Shown: positions 17,599-27,124 of the stretch, in pieces
How positions within the stretch are numbered: the stretch's first letter is position 1
How the letters are laid out: every line of letters starts with the position of its first letter
Source: Rhodoferax sp.
Lineage (GTDB): Bacteria; Pseudomonadota; Gammaproteobacteria; Burkholderiales; Burkholderiaceae_C
Assembly (NCBI GenBank): GCA_028292305.1
Contig: JAQGMQ010000331.1
Location: forward strand, 1-45,595
Direction of reading: 5' to 3'
Length of the DNA stretch: 45,595 nucleotides
The notes under the pieces: model-generated
Told to the model about the DNA's origin: nothing
The model's database searches: none
What the model saw: only the letters and a program-made list of their open reading frames with translations
Position numbers and translations under genes: made by a program

Positions 17599-17808
17599 AT
17601 GCTGCAAAGCGCGTTCAACTGGTTCTTCACGAATTTCGCCGTGGGTATGGCAATGTTCGGTATCCTGGCTGCCATCACCGGCTGCCTGTTTGGCGAAATG
17701 CGCTGGGGTCGCGGGCTGACCGTAGCTGGTGCCTGCGTTGCCATCGGGCAGATCCCCACGATCGTCGCCGCCCTGATGTCGGCTGGCGGCTCGGCAGGCA
17801 TGGGCTGA
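17599..17808 (+). CDS. virB2: VirB2-like pilin
   Basis: Two hydrophobic helices; between virB1 and virB3. Confidence 0.65.
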   Translation: MLQSAFNWFFTNFAVGMAMFGILAAITGCLFGEMRWGRGLTVAGACVAIGQIPTIVAALMSAGGSAGMG

Positions 17809-17812
17809 TCCA

Positions 17813-18136
17813 GTGACGGAACTGATCAACATCCCGATCGACGTTGCCGACACCCGCCCCGCCATGTGGATGGGCATGCCGCTTGAAATGCTGGCTGTCT
17901 ACGTCGTGGTGGCGGGTGAAATCGTCACGATCTTCGGGATTTTGTACGTTCCGTTCCTCGCCATTGCGTGGTGGGCGCTGGCGCAGTTGGTGCGCAAAGA
18001 CTTCAACGCCCCCCGCGTTTTCTATCTGTGGATGACGGGCGCTGCCCTGGACTTCGATGCTTCGGATTGGGGTGGCACATCAGTGCCCCCCATTCCTGCA
18101 AAGAACGACGAATACCGGGGCATGGAGCATGTTTGA
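17813..18136 (+). CDS. virB3: VirB3
   Basis: TRPAMWMGMP + TM helix + KD...WGGTSVPP. Confidence 0.85.
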   Translation: MTELINIPIDVADTRPAMWMGMPLEMLAVYVVVAGEIVTIFGILYVPFLAIAWWALAQLVRKDFNAPRVFYLWMTGAALDFDASDWGGTSVPPIPAKNDEYRGMEHV

Positions 18137-20522
18137 GCGCGATCCCCGCGACTACGTGCCGTTTGCCGGGCATCTGCCCAACGCGCCCGAGATTGCCTTT
18201 ACGCTGGACGGGTCCGTTTTCGGCATGCTGGAACTGACCGGCGTTGCCTTCGAACTGGACGAGCCAGAGCGTCGGAATGGGCGTGTGGCGATCATGAACA
18301 ATGCCCTGCGGCAGATCGTGGATGACAACGTGGTCGTCTACTCGCATCTGGTGCGGCACGGTGGGGTTCGCCCCTCGCCTGTAGCTGACAAGTCCGGAAG
18401 CGACTTCGCCAGCGATCTCTATGGCGAATACAGCAGACACATGCTGTCGGACCTCCGCACAAATACGTGGTTCCTGACCGTTGTCGTTCAGCCTACCGTG
18501 AGCAAAGCGGCGAAGTGGTGGTCGGGTAGCAAGCGGAAAACAGCCCGCATCAACGTAACCGATGCCAACGTGCGCCAGCTTGAGGATGCGATTGCGACGA
18601 TCGCCAGCACCCTTAGCGAACACAGCCCGCGTCGGCTTGGCCTACGGACCCAGGCCACCGACATGCCCGGCCATCGGCTGACGTTCACCGAGATTGGCGA
18701 GGCGCTGTTCCTGATCCGCACTGCGCTGCCGATGGCAATCCCATTCACATCCGGGTCGCTTGGCGGTGCGGTGTATGCCCATCGGGTTATCGTTGGGCCG
18801 CGATCGTATGACCTGAGCATACCCGGCCAGCCGCGGTTCGGGTCGATCATCAGTTATCGGAACTACCCGCACAGCGCGCGGCCTGGTTGCCTCAACACGC
18901 TGCTGTCGGCGCCGTACGACCTCGTTCTGTCGCAGTCGCTCGCCTTCATGCTGTCGGGCAAGGCTGAAGCTAAGATGGCTCGCAAAGAGCAGCAGATGGA
19001 GAACATGGGCGACCGTGCATCCTCGCTGCGCGCCGGGCTGGCTGCGGCGATGGATGATCTGGCGTCGGGCAAAACGGCCAAGGGGCATCATCACCTGTCG
19101 CTGGCGGTGTACCGGCCCGATCTGGTGACGCTGGATGCCTCGATTGGCGATGCGATGCGCCGGCTGACGGACTTCGGCGGGGCTAACCCGGTGCAAGAGG
19201 GGCGATTTGGGGCTGAGGCGGCGTATTTTGCCCAACTGCCGGCCGTTGCAGGTTGGCGCACACGCCCAGGCCGGCTGGACACGATGTCGTTCGCCGCGAT
19301 GACCTCGTTGGAGGGTTTTCCAGCAGGGAACGCCAAGGGGTATTGGGGGCCGGCAATCGCGCGGTTTCGCACCCGCGCCGGCACCGCTTACGACTTCATC
19401 CCGCACGTTGAAGATGTCGGGCACATGCTGATCACAGGCCGAAGCGGCAAGGGCAAGACGCTCCTGGCGAACTTCTTGATGGCCTGCCTAGAGCCGTCCA
19501 TGGGTGCCAATGGCATCCGGTTCATCATCGACAAGGACGCCGGGGCCAAGCTGCTGGTCGAACATAGCGGCGGGCGATACCTGCATCTGCGTCGCGGCCG
19601 GGCGAGTGGCTTGGCTCCGCTGCGTGGACTGGAGGATGGCCCCGAGACGCGATCCTTCCTGTTGCAGACCTTCCGCGGCTTGGTGCTGCGCGATGGCCTT
19701 GGCCCGATGGATCCCGACGAAGAACGCCGCATGGCACGCGGGATCGAAGCCCAGATGGACATGCCCGTTTCGGAGCGCAGCTTGGCTGGCGTGCGGCAGT
19801 TCATGGGCTACGAGGCCAACGGAGCGGGCGACCGGTTCGAGAAATGGTGCCGCGGCGGCGAGATGGGCTGGGTTCTGGATAACGACGAACACCTTGTGGA
19901 TTTCGACGCACCCGGCGCGGCTCGCATCTTCGGGTTCGACTTCACGGAGTTGATGCCGAAGGAGGAAGGCATGGCGGACGATGGGGCATGCAGTGCCGCC
20001 GCCGCCATCCTGCTGCATCAGGTGCGCGGCATGATGGATGGGCGCCGGATCGTCGGCTTCTTTGACGAATGCCGGTTCTATCTCGACGTGCTGGGCAAGG
20101 TGATCGAAGACTTCGCGCTGACCGGGCGCAAAAACGAGATGATGGCGTGGATGGCGGCGCAGGAGCCGAGCCACTTCATGAACCACCCGGTCGGGCGGTC
20201 GATCATCGGCCAATGCGCCACCAAGATCGCGTTCCCCGATTCAGGCGCCGACATCGCAGCCTACGTGAACGGCTTCAAATTCTCTCCCGCAGCCGCCGAA
20301 CAGGTGAAGGTTGGGATGAACATCGGGGCCGGTCGCCGCTTTCTGGTGTGGCGCGACGATGGCCCTGCAATCCTCGAATTCGATCTGTCGGCCATGGCGA
20401 CCGAAGTCGTGATCCTCTCGGGTCGCGCAGCCTCTGTCCGTATGAGCGATCAAACCCCCGATGGCACGGTCGAACACCGTTACCGCGAATTCCGCAAGCA
20501 AATCGAAAAGGTGTCCGCATGA
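18129..20522 (+). CDS. virB4: VirB4 ATPase
   Basis: GHMLITGRSGKGKT, IDKD, FFDEC, RKN, EAAYFAQLP motifs; about 800 aa. Confidence 0.95.
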   Translation: MFERDPRDYVPFAGHLPNAPEIAFTLDGSVFGMLELTGVAFELDEPERRNGRVAIMNNALRQIVDDNVVVYSHLVRHGGVRPSPVADKSGSDFASDLYGEYSRHMLSDLRTNTWFLTVVVQPTVSKAAKWWSGSKRKTARINVTDANVRQLEDAIATIASTLSEHSPRRLGLRTQATDMPGHRLTFTEIGEALFLIRTALPMAIPFTSGSLGGAVYAHRVIVGPRSYDLSIPGQPRFGSIISYRNYPHSARPGCLNTLLSAPYDLVLSQSLAFMLSGKAEAKMARKEQQMENMGDRASSLRAGLAAAMDDLASGKTAKGHHHLSLAVYRPDLVTLDASIGDAMRRLTDFGGANPVQEGRFGAEAAYFAQLPAVAGWRTRPGRLDTMSFAAMTSLEGFPAGNAKGYWGPAIARFRTRAGTAYDFIPHVEDVGHMLITGRSGKGKTLLANFLMACLEPSMGANGIRFIIDKDAGAKLLVEHSGGRYLHLRRGRASGLAPLRGLEDGPETRSFLLQTFRGLVLRDGLGPMDPDEERRMARGIEAQMDMPVSERSLAGVRQFMGYEANGAGDRFEKWCRGGEMGWVLDNDEHLVDFDAPGAARIFGFDFTELMPKEEGMADDGACSAAAAILLHQVRGMMDGRRIVGFFDECRFYLDVLGKVIEDFALTGRKNEMMAWMAAQEPSHFMNHPVGRSIIGQCATKIAFPDSGADIAAYVNGFKFSPAAAEQVKVGMNIGAGRRFLVWRDDGPAILEFDLSAMATEVVILSGRAASVRMSDQTPDGTVEHRYREFRKQIEKVSA

Positions 20523-21340
20523 GAAAGCATCTGTTGGCCGGCGTTGCGCTGGCGAGCCTTTGGAGTGGCCAGGCGCGGGCCGTCGACGTGGTGACGGACC
20601 CTGGCTTGCTCGCGGCGATGGCGCAGAAGATCGGCTTGGATGCCGGAAGCTGGGCCACGCAGGCGGCAGACATGACGGCGCAGATCACCAAGACAACGGC
20701 CACGCTTCAGCAAATCTCGATGCTCTACAGCATGATGAACAACCCGGTGGCGTTGGTCGGTGCTGCGTCATCCCTGCTGTCTGGTGGCGCTCAAAGCCCG
20801 CTCGGTGATGCGCTGTCATCGTCGGCAAAGCTGGCGTCGGGCGTCGGGCGGTTGGCCAACACGGCATCAAGCCTCGCCGGCCAGGTGCAGGACACGAACA
20901 CGTTCTATCTGCCGCCCCTCAACGGCAGCTTCCTGAACAGCGTGATGACGATGCGCTCCAACCAGACAAGCGCCGTCCAAGGGCAACTGACCGTGCTGAT
21001 GAACGGCATGCCCGACCGGCTCTTTGGCCTTCAGCAATTGCAAAGTGAGATCAACATGGGAGGCGACGTAAACCGCATGGCATCGCTCAACGCCCGCATG
21101 CAATCGGAGGTCGCCATGGCCAACGAGCAGGCTCGGCAAGCGCAAATCCTCATCGGCTTGGCGCAGATCCAAGATCAGGTGGAGCGGCAGCAGCTACAGC
21201 AGAAGGCCCGGCTGGACAGTGACCAGTGGGCTGCCAGCCGTGCTGCCGCCTCCAATGGGCTGATCGGTGCCAATGGTGCGCAATCTAGCGCCGTGGTGGC
21301 GACCTCATATGAAGTACCCAGCTTCCCGGTGTCGCCATGA
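20519..21340 (+). CDS. virB5: VirB5-like minor pilin
   Basis: Signal peptide, helical Q/A-rich body, LQSEI...ASLNARMQSE; follows virB4. Confidence 0.75.
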   Translation: MRKHLLAGVALASLWSGQARAVDVVTDPGLLAAMAQKIGLDAGSWATQAADMTAQITKTTATLQQISMLYSMMNNPVALVGAASSLLSGGAQSPLGDALSSSAKLASGVGRLANTASSLAGQVQDTNTFYLPPLNGSFLNSVMTMRSNQTSAVQGQLTVLMNGMPDRLFGLQQLQSEINMGGDVNRMASLNARMQSEVAMANEQARQAQILIGLAQIQDQVERQQLQQKARLDSDQWAASRAAASNGLIGANGAQSSAVVATSYEVPSFPVSP

Positions 21341-21741
21341 CGCGCCTTGTGGCTGCCGGCATGCTGGCCTTGGCGGCGCTGATGGGTGATCCCGACGTGT
21401 GCGACGCGGCGAACGATACCCCGCAGGCGCTGCACGATGTCGCCTGGTATTCGAACAACCCCGCGGTGCGGCAGAAGACCATCAGCGTTTGCTACAGCGA
21501 TGCCAGCTACGCTCATCTTTACGACTGTCAGAACGCAGCCCGAGGGGAAAGCCTGGCGCGGTCGCGTCGGCTGTGGCGCCAGTCCAACATCCTCGACAAC
21601 CCGCAATGGTGGCAAGACAACCAGATCGCACGCCGGAGTGCTGCGGCGATCTGTGCGCGCGGCAATGGGCCGGCTTACCCGCAATATGCCCCGTATTGCA
21701 GCCTGATCTTTGCCAAAGAGATTGAGCAGCGGGGCGCATAG
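21337..21741 (+). CDS. Putative entry-exclusion (EexN-like) protein
   Basis: DVAWYSNNPAVRQKTISVC...DCQNA motif, internally duplicated (NPQWWQDNQIARRSAAAIC); between virB5 and virB6. Confidence 0.55.
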   Translation: MTRLVAAGMLALAALMGDPDVCDAANDTPQALHDVAWYSNNPAVRQKTISVCYSDASYAHLYDCQNAARGESLARSRRLWRQSNILDNPQWWQDNQIARRSAAAICARGNGPAYPQYAPYCSLIFAKEIEQRGA

Positions 21742-21744
21742 ACA

Positions 21745-22719
21745 GTGGCCACCGACAGTTTCTTTTCGACAAGCTGGGACGGCTATAGCACTGCGCTTGG
21801 CGTGGTGGATGTGGTGGCGTCGGGCTTGTCTGCGGCTGCCGGTTGGCTGCAAATCGCGCTGAGTTTCTACCTGATGATCACGATGTTCCTGATCGTGTTC
21901 GGCTCCATGTCGTGGAATACCGGCGTGGCCCGACTGATCCGCGCCTTGCTTGTCATCGCGGTGCTGACCCCGGCGTTCTTCAACCGCTACGTGGTCCAGA
22001 CCTTCACCACGGATATCCCCAACGAGATCGCGACGATCGTGGCGCACTCGCCCACGCAATCGACCGTGGTGGAGGTGTTTGACGAACTGACGGCCGGGCT
22101 GGAAGCCATTCAGGCGCAGATCAACAGCAACTCGACGTGGATGGATGCGCCGAAAACCATCCCTGCCGGCATCACGATGATCATTGGTGAGGTCGCACTG
22201 TTGCTGGCGTTCTTCATCTGGTTCTTTGCCTACGGGACCATCAGCATCGTCGTTTGCGCCGGCCCGTTCCTGATCGGCTTCTACCTGTTCGATTCCACCA
22301 AGCAGATCACCCTGCGCTGGGTTAGCAAGCTCATCGGCCTGATGATCCTGATCCTGATGGTGATGATCACCACGCAGATCATTCAGGTGCAGGAGCGGTC
22401 ATACCTGCGGCTGGTGGCGTCTACGATGACGCATATCCCGCCGAACGTGCCGTCTAACCTTGGCCCGCGCACTGGCTTCATGGAACCAGAGGGCATGCTG
22501 ATCCCGAGCGATATCCCTTCGGCCGCACCGACTGTCCGCATGAACGGCAACCTTGATCAGCAGATTTCGATCCTGGGGAACGTCGTCAAGTCGTTCATCC
22601 TCGGGCTTTTCCTGATGCTGTCACTGCCGAGCATTGCCGCTTATCTGGGCGGTGGCGTGGCTATCGGTGTCGCTCCGATCGTCATGGCCGGCGTGCGTAA
22701 CGTGACGAGGGGCAGATGA
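21745..22719 (+). CDS. virB6: VirB6 inner-membrane protein
   Basis: Polytopic; GPFLIGFYLFDSTKQITLRW and SLPSIAAYLGGG motifs. Confidence 0.85.
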   Translation: MATDSFFSTSWDGYSTALGVVDVVASGLSAAAGWLQIALSFYLMITMFLIVFGSMSWNTGVARLIRALLVIAVLTPAFFNRYVVQTFTTDIPNEIATIVAHSPTQSTVVEVFDELTAGLEAIQAQINSNSTWMDAPKTIPAGITMIIGEVALLLAFFIWFFAYGTISIVVCAGPFLIGFYLFDSTKQITLRWVSKLIGLMILILMVMITTQIIQVQERSYLRLVASTMTHIPPNVPSNLGPRTGFMEPEGMLIPSDIPSAAPTVRMNGNLDQQISILGNVVKSFILGLFLMLSLPSIAAYLGGGVAIGVAPIVMAGVRNVTRGR

Positions 22720-22831
22720 TAGGCCGGGCATTCCTGCTGCTGTTCGCGCTTGGCCTTGCGGTTCACATGCAGGCCGGCATCCACGCTCAATCCACGCAAG
22801 TTCAACACATAGCCTTGAATGAGGAACCCCG

Positions 22832-23251
22832 ATGAGCAGGTCAGGCTACTCCGACGACTGCGACAGTGAATGGCAACTGATTATGTGGCGCGGCCGGGTT
22901 GCCAGCGCGACGCGAGGCAAGCGCGGGCAGGCCATGTTGCGCGAACTGCTGGTGGCGCTAGATGCCCTGCCTACCAAACGGCTCATTGCGCATGAACTGA
23001 TTGCCGATGGCGATGTCTGCGCAATAGGCAGCCTGGGTCTGGCGCGCGGTGTCGAGATGGAAAAACTCGACGTGGAGGATTACCGCGCGGTTGCCAGGAC
23101 ATTCGGTGTTGCAGAACCGCTGGTGCGGGAAATCGAATGGGTGAACGACGAAGCCGGATGGGGCAATGAAACGCCCGAAGCCCGGTGGAGCCGGATGCGC
23201 GACTGGATCGCGTCGCAAATCAAATCCGCCCCGCCGCCAGCATCCACCTAA
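22832..23251 (+). CDS. Phage-type hypothetical protein inserted in the virB operon
   Basis: MSRSGYSDDCD...WRGRVASATRGKRGQAMLRELL.ALDA pattern recalled from phage genomes; no T4SS features. Confidence 0.65.
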   Translation: MSRSGYSDDCDSEWQLIMWRGRVASATRGKRGQAMLRELLVALDALPTKRLIAHELIADGDVCAIGSLGLARGVEMEKLDVEDYRAVARTFGVAEPLVREIEWVNDEAGWGNETPEARWSRMRDWIASQIKSAPPPAST

Positions 23252-23268
23252 CATCATCAGGAATCCAA

Positions 23269-24012
23269 ATGGGAAATGTAAGGCTGCCGTCTGCCTATGA
23301 AGCCGAAAACGTGCGCGTCTACATGGCCGATGCTCGCTCATTCCAAGAGCGTGAAGTGCGCCGCAGCCGGTGGGTCAACCGTGGGCTGATGACCTACTCG
23401 GTGATGGCGACGGCAGCCTGCGCAGCCCTGATCGGCGTGGTGTCCTACACCGTTCCGAACGTCCGCATCCAGCCGGTCTACATGATCGCGCGAGATGACG
23501 GGACGTTCGATACCGTCAACAGCCAATGGGAATTGCCGAAGAACCTCACCGATGCGCAAAAGAAGGCGACGTTCTGGCAATACGTCCAGCAGCGCGAAAG
23601 CTATCAGCGCCTGTCCGCCCGCGACAATTACGAGGTGGTCAGCGCCATGAGCGCGCCCGAGGTCCGCGAGCGGTTCCAGAACTATTGGAACGACAAGATC
23701 CCCGGCAGCCCAAGCCCGTCCAAGATCATGGGTGAGAAGGGTGTGATCCGGGTCACATTCCGCGATAGCGAGTTGCTGCCCAACAACCGGTTTCAGGTGC
23801 GCTATTACCGCTACATCGAGATGGAGGGAAAGCCGCCCTTCATGCAGCCTATGATCGCGGTGCTGTCCTACCAGCAGCTTGACACCGTGCCTCTGCTTCA
23901 GCGGTTTCAATATAACCCCGGTGCGCTGATCGTGACGGCTTACCCCGGCGCCATTCAGCAGGGCGCGTGCGCGGATCCCAGCGGCGACTGCAACAAGCAG
24001 GGTGGTTTCTGA
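23269..24012 (+). CDS. virB8: VirB8
   Basis: Single TM, YVQQRESY, YEVVSAMSAPEV, NPGALIVTAY. Confidence 0.88.
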   Translation: MGNVRLPSAYEAENVRVYMADARSFQEREVRRSRWVNRGLMTYSVMATAACAALIGVVSYTVPNVRIQPVYMIARDDGTFDTVNSQWELPKNLTDAQKKATFWQYVQQRESYQRLSARDNYEVVSAMSAPEVRERFQNYWNDKIPGSPSPSKIMGEKGVIRVTFRDSELLPNNRFQVRYYRYIEMEGKPPFMQPMIAVLSYQQLDTVPLLQRFQYNPGALIVTAYPGAIQQGACADPSGDCNKQGGF

Positions 24013-24626
24013 TGCGTGCAGCGATCATCCTTGCCGCTTTCACATGCCTGTCTGCACCGGCCTACGCATGGCAGGAGCCGAAGCAAATCAGCCCCATCTC
24101 GCCGGTTTGCACCGTGGCGTATGACCCGAACGAAGGCGTGCAGATCAACCTGCCACCTGGCAACAACCTCACGTTGGACTTCGGTGAGAACCGGCAGGAC
24201 ATCACGGTTGCGGCGTCCGACACGGTGCATCTGTCCTACGTGCCACGCGGCTCAATGCTGTTCCTCAAAGCGCAGATGCAGATGCCGCCGCAGTCACTGA
24301 TGGTGACGACGCAGCGGAAGGATGGCGGGAAGGTTGAGGCGTTCGCGTTCGAACTCGCCACGCCCGAAGGTGCCAAGCGGCGGTGCGACCTGATCCGGTT
24401 CATCTTCCCCAGCGATGCCGCCGATGAACGCCGGGTTGAAGCAGCCAAGCGGCGCGAGGAATGGCAGGCGGCGCAGGCCACGCGCGATTTGCGCAATGCC
24501 TCCCGGCTGCCGACAGCGGCCAGCACGGTCAACCGCGGCTACACGATCTCCGGGGATGCCAGCCTAGTCCCTCGCCAGATCGCCCCATCAACAGGCACGG
24601 CCGCAATCCAAGTAGGAGGTCGCTGA
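24012..24626 (+). CDS. virB9: VirB9 N-terminal domain (split gene)
   Basis: Signal peptide, VAYDPN..VQI, LFLK, IRFIFP, ends at NRGYTISGD; lacks the C-terminal domain. Confidence 0.75.
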   Translation: MRAAIILAAFTCLSAPAYAWQEPKQISPISPVCTVAYDPNEGVQINLPPGNNLTLDFGENRQDITVAASDTVHLSYVPRGSMLFLKAQMQMPPQSLMVTTQRKDGGKVEAFAFELATPEGAKRRCDLIRFIFPSDAADERRVEAAKRREEWQAAQATRDLRNASRLPTAASTVNRGYTISGDASLVPRQIAPSTGTAAIQVGGR

Positions 24627-25030
24627 TGCGCTCCGTCGTTCTTATTGGCCTGCTGTTGGCCGGCTGCAACAGCGCCACGCCCGCCCCGGAGTGTTCCGCA
24701 TCGGCCCCGTCCGTCATGCTGAACGAACCCACGTTGGAGCCGGCCGTGTGGGACAATGGGCAAAGCACGTATTTCCGTTTTCCCGGCAACGCGCGCATTC
24801 CGTCCATCTTCGTGGTCAACCCGGATGGCAAAGAGGCGGTGGCGAACTACACCGTCGATCCCGAGGCCGGCACGATCGCCATTCATCAGACCGCCCGCAT
24901 GTTCAAACTGCGCGACGGCGACAAGGTGGCCTGCATCGCCAACCTGAATTGGAACCCAGTCGGCTGGAACCCCGGCACGGGCACGACCAGCACCGACGTG
25001 GTGCGTGAGCCAAAGAGTGCCCGGCCATGA
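24626..25030 (+). CDS. Lipoprotein (VirB7-like N-terminus) fused to the VirB9 C-terminal domain
   Basis: MRSVVLIGLLLAGC lipobox, then VWDNGQSTYFRFPGNARIPSIFVVNPDGKE...LRDGDKVACI...GTTS. Confidence 0.75.
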   Translation: MRSVVLIGLLLAGCNSATPAPECSASAPSVMLNEPTLEPAVWDNGQSTYFRFPGNARIPSIFVVNPDGKEAVANYTVDPEAGTIAIHQTARMFKLRDGDKVACIANLNWNPVGWNPGTGTTSTDVVREPKSARP

Positions 25031-26124
25031 GCGCCCCGAACTCACCCGTTGAAGGCCCGGCATCCCCGGTAGGCGAAGGTCACAAGCCGCCGTTGCTGCG
25101 TTGGCAGAAGGTGACGCTGGCGAGTGGTGCTGCGGCGTTCTGTGGCTTGGCCGTGGCGGCTTACGTGGTGTCGCACAACGGCAGCCAGCGCGATCAGAAA
25201 CCCCCGCCACCGGTTAGGCAGACGGCGCAGAGTGAGCCGTTCCAGCCAGCGCCGCTGCCTAAGGCGACTTTGATCTCCGCGTCTCTCCCCTCTCCGGTTC
25301 GCCCCGCCGTTGGACCCAGCAACCTGGCGGTTGCCGACGACGAAATCATGAAGGGCCGCAAAAGCCCGATCATGGCGACGAACACGCAGGTGGCCGGCGT
25401 CGGCGGGGCTGCACAGCGGGCCGCGCGACCGGACGGCGAGTTGGATGCGATGCCGCGGCAGTCCGAGTTGGGCGACCGGCTGACGGGCACGGAGTTGCCT
25501 GCCGCTCGGGCCAAGGAACTGCCGGATCCGAACTTCCTGATTGCGCAAGGGCGGGTGATCCCGTGCCTGCAAGCCACGAAACTGGATTCGACCTACCCAG
25601 GGTTCGTGAGCGCAGTAATCCCGACCGCGATATACGGCGAAACGGGCCATGTCGTGCTGCTGGATGCCGGAACCAAGATCTTCGGATCCATGGAAAGGGC
25701 CATGACAGCCGGCGTGGACAGACAATTCGTCCTGTGGAAGCGGGCGACCACGCCACCGATCTATGACGCCCGCGGCAAGGCTCACCAGTATTCCATCGCC
25801 CTGAACTCGCCGGCTGCTGATGAACTCGGTGCCACCGGCCTGGACGGCGATGTGAACCGGCATATCTGGCGCAAGCTCGGCGGGGCCATCATGCTTTCCG
25901 TGTTGGAGGGGGGCATTCAAGCCGGCACCGCAGCACTTCAGCCGCAGGGCGGGACAAGCATCAACCTGGGTGGCGGCGGTGGGCTAGGGCAACTGCCGTC
26001 TCAGCTACTCGCCAGCACGATCAACATTCCCGACGTGCTAACCCGGAACCAGGGCACGACATGTTCGATTTTCACGGCCCGCGACCTCGACATGAGCAGT
26101 ATATACAAGCTGCGGAGACGCTGA
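25027..26124 (+). CDS. virB10: VirB10
   Basis: TM + Pro-rich linker, GRVIPC.....LDS..PG, DELGATGLDGDVNRH, FTARDLD. Confidence 0.92.
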   Translation: MSAPNSPVEGPASPVGEGHKPPLLRWQKVTLASGAAAFCGLAVAAYVVSHNGSQRDQKPPPPVRQTAQSEPFQPAPLPKATLISASLPSPVRPAVGPSNLAVADDEIMKGRKSPIMATNTQVAGVGGAAQRAARPDGELDAMPRQSELGDRLTGTELPAARAKELPDPNFLIAQGRVIPCLQATKLDSTYPGFVSAVIPTAIYGETGHVVLLDAGTKIFGSMERAMTAGVDRQFVLWKRATTPPIYDARGKAHQYSIALNSPAADELGATGLDGDVNRHIWRKLGGAIMLSVLEGGIQAGTAALQPQGGTSINLGGGGGLGQLPSQLLASTINIPDVLTRNQGTTCSIFTARDLDMSSIYKLRRR

Positions 26125-26125
26125 C

Positions 26126-27124
26126 ATGAGCGCCACGCTGAACCACCTGCTGCGCGATCTACGCCCCTTCCTCGATGATCCCGATGTGGAAGAAATCTGC
26201 ATCAATGGACCTGGCACGCTTTGGCTTTGGAAGCACGGCCAGTTCACCGCCTACCCCACGACGTTGCGCGCTATCGACATCGAGAACATCGCCATCGTGG
26301 CGGGGGCTTTGCGGCGTCAGAACGTCGGGCATAACCAACCGCTGCTGGCGACCGATCTAGGCGGCGCTGGCCGGTTGCAGGTGGTGCTGCCGCCATGCGT
26401 GGAAGCCGGCAAGCCGAGCCTGACAATCCGCCGTGGCAGTTCGTTCAGCCCGACGATTGCGCACTTGGCATCTGGTGGGCTGTTCACCAAGACGCGTGGG
26501 CGTCGGCGGGATGGGAACGCCGCGGATAGCGATCTGGTGCGGCTTTACCATGCCGGCGATTGGCATGCGTTCTTTGAGGTTGCCGTGCGGGCCAAGAAAA
26601 CGATCGTGCTGGCGGGAGAGACCGCATCAGGAAAAACGACCCTCGCAAAAGCCTTGATCGACTCCATCCCGCTCCACGAACGCCTGATCACGATCGAGGA
26701 CACGCCAGAGTGGACGAACCTGCCGCACCCGAACCGTGTGGCGCTCTATTACGACAAGAACAAGAGCAGCAACGTGCAGGCCGGCGATCTGGTCGAGGCC
26801 GCGCTGAGAATGCGGATTGGACGGTTGCTGCTACAGGAAATTAGGGACGGATCTGCCGCGACCGCGTTCCTTCAGGCGCTACAGTCGGGCCATGCCGGCG
26901 GTATCACGACGGTACACGCCACGTCGGCAGAAGGCACGTTTGACCGGCTGCGGGTCATGATCAAGCAGGTGCCATCGGGGGCATCCATGGCCGATGCTGA
27001 CGTGATGACCCAGTTGCAGAGCCTGATTGACGTGGTGGCGCACTGCCAGCGCGGGCCTGATGGCTTCTCAATCTCCGAGGTATGGTTCGCCCCCGTGGCC
27101 CTCGCCCAGCAGGTGGCAGCATGA
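26126..27124 (+). CDS. virB11: VirB11 ATPase
   Basis: EICINGPG, GETASGKTT, ITIEDTPE, LRM, GHAGGITTVHA. Confidence 0.95.
   Translation: MSATLNHLLRDLRPFLDDPDVEEICINGPGTLWLWKHGQFTAYPTTLRAIDIENIAIVAGALRRQNVGHNQPLLATDLGGAGRLQVVLPPCVEAGKPSLTIRRGSSFSPTIAHLASGGLFTKTRGRRRDGNAADSDLVRLYHAGDWHAFFEVAVRAKKTIVLAGETASGKTTLAKALIDSIPLHERLITIEDTPEWTNLPHPNRVALYYDKNKSSNVQAGDLVEAALRMRIGRLLLQEIRDGSAATAFLQALQSGHAGGITTVHATSAEGTFDRLRVMIKQVPSGASMADADVMTQLQSLIDVVAHCQRGPDGFSISEVWFAPVALAQQVAA

Noticed and set aside
16897-17877. Long antisense or alternative-frame ORFs (e.g. 16897-17877, 21175-22059, 25042-25920, 30342-31460, 31926-32807, 40960-41856)
   Set aside because: Shadow ORFs typical of high-GC DNA, overlapping well-supported genes and lacking motifs. 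Only the last 66 codons of 30342-31460 look real.
24600-24640. Sequencing frameshift in virB9
   Set aside because: The second ORF has its own RBS, coupled start and complete lipoprotein signal peptide, which an indel would not create.
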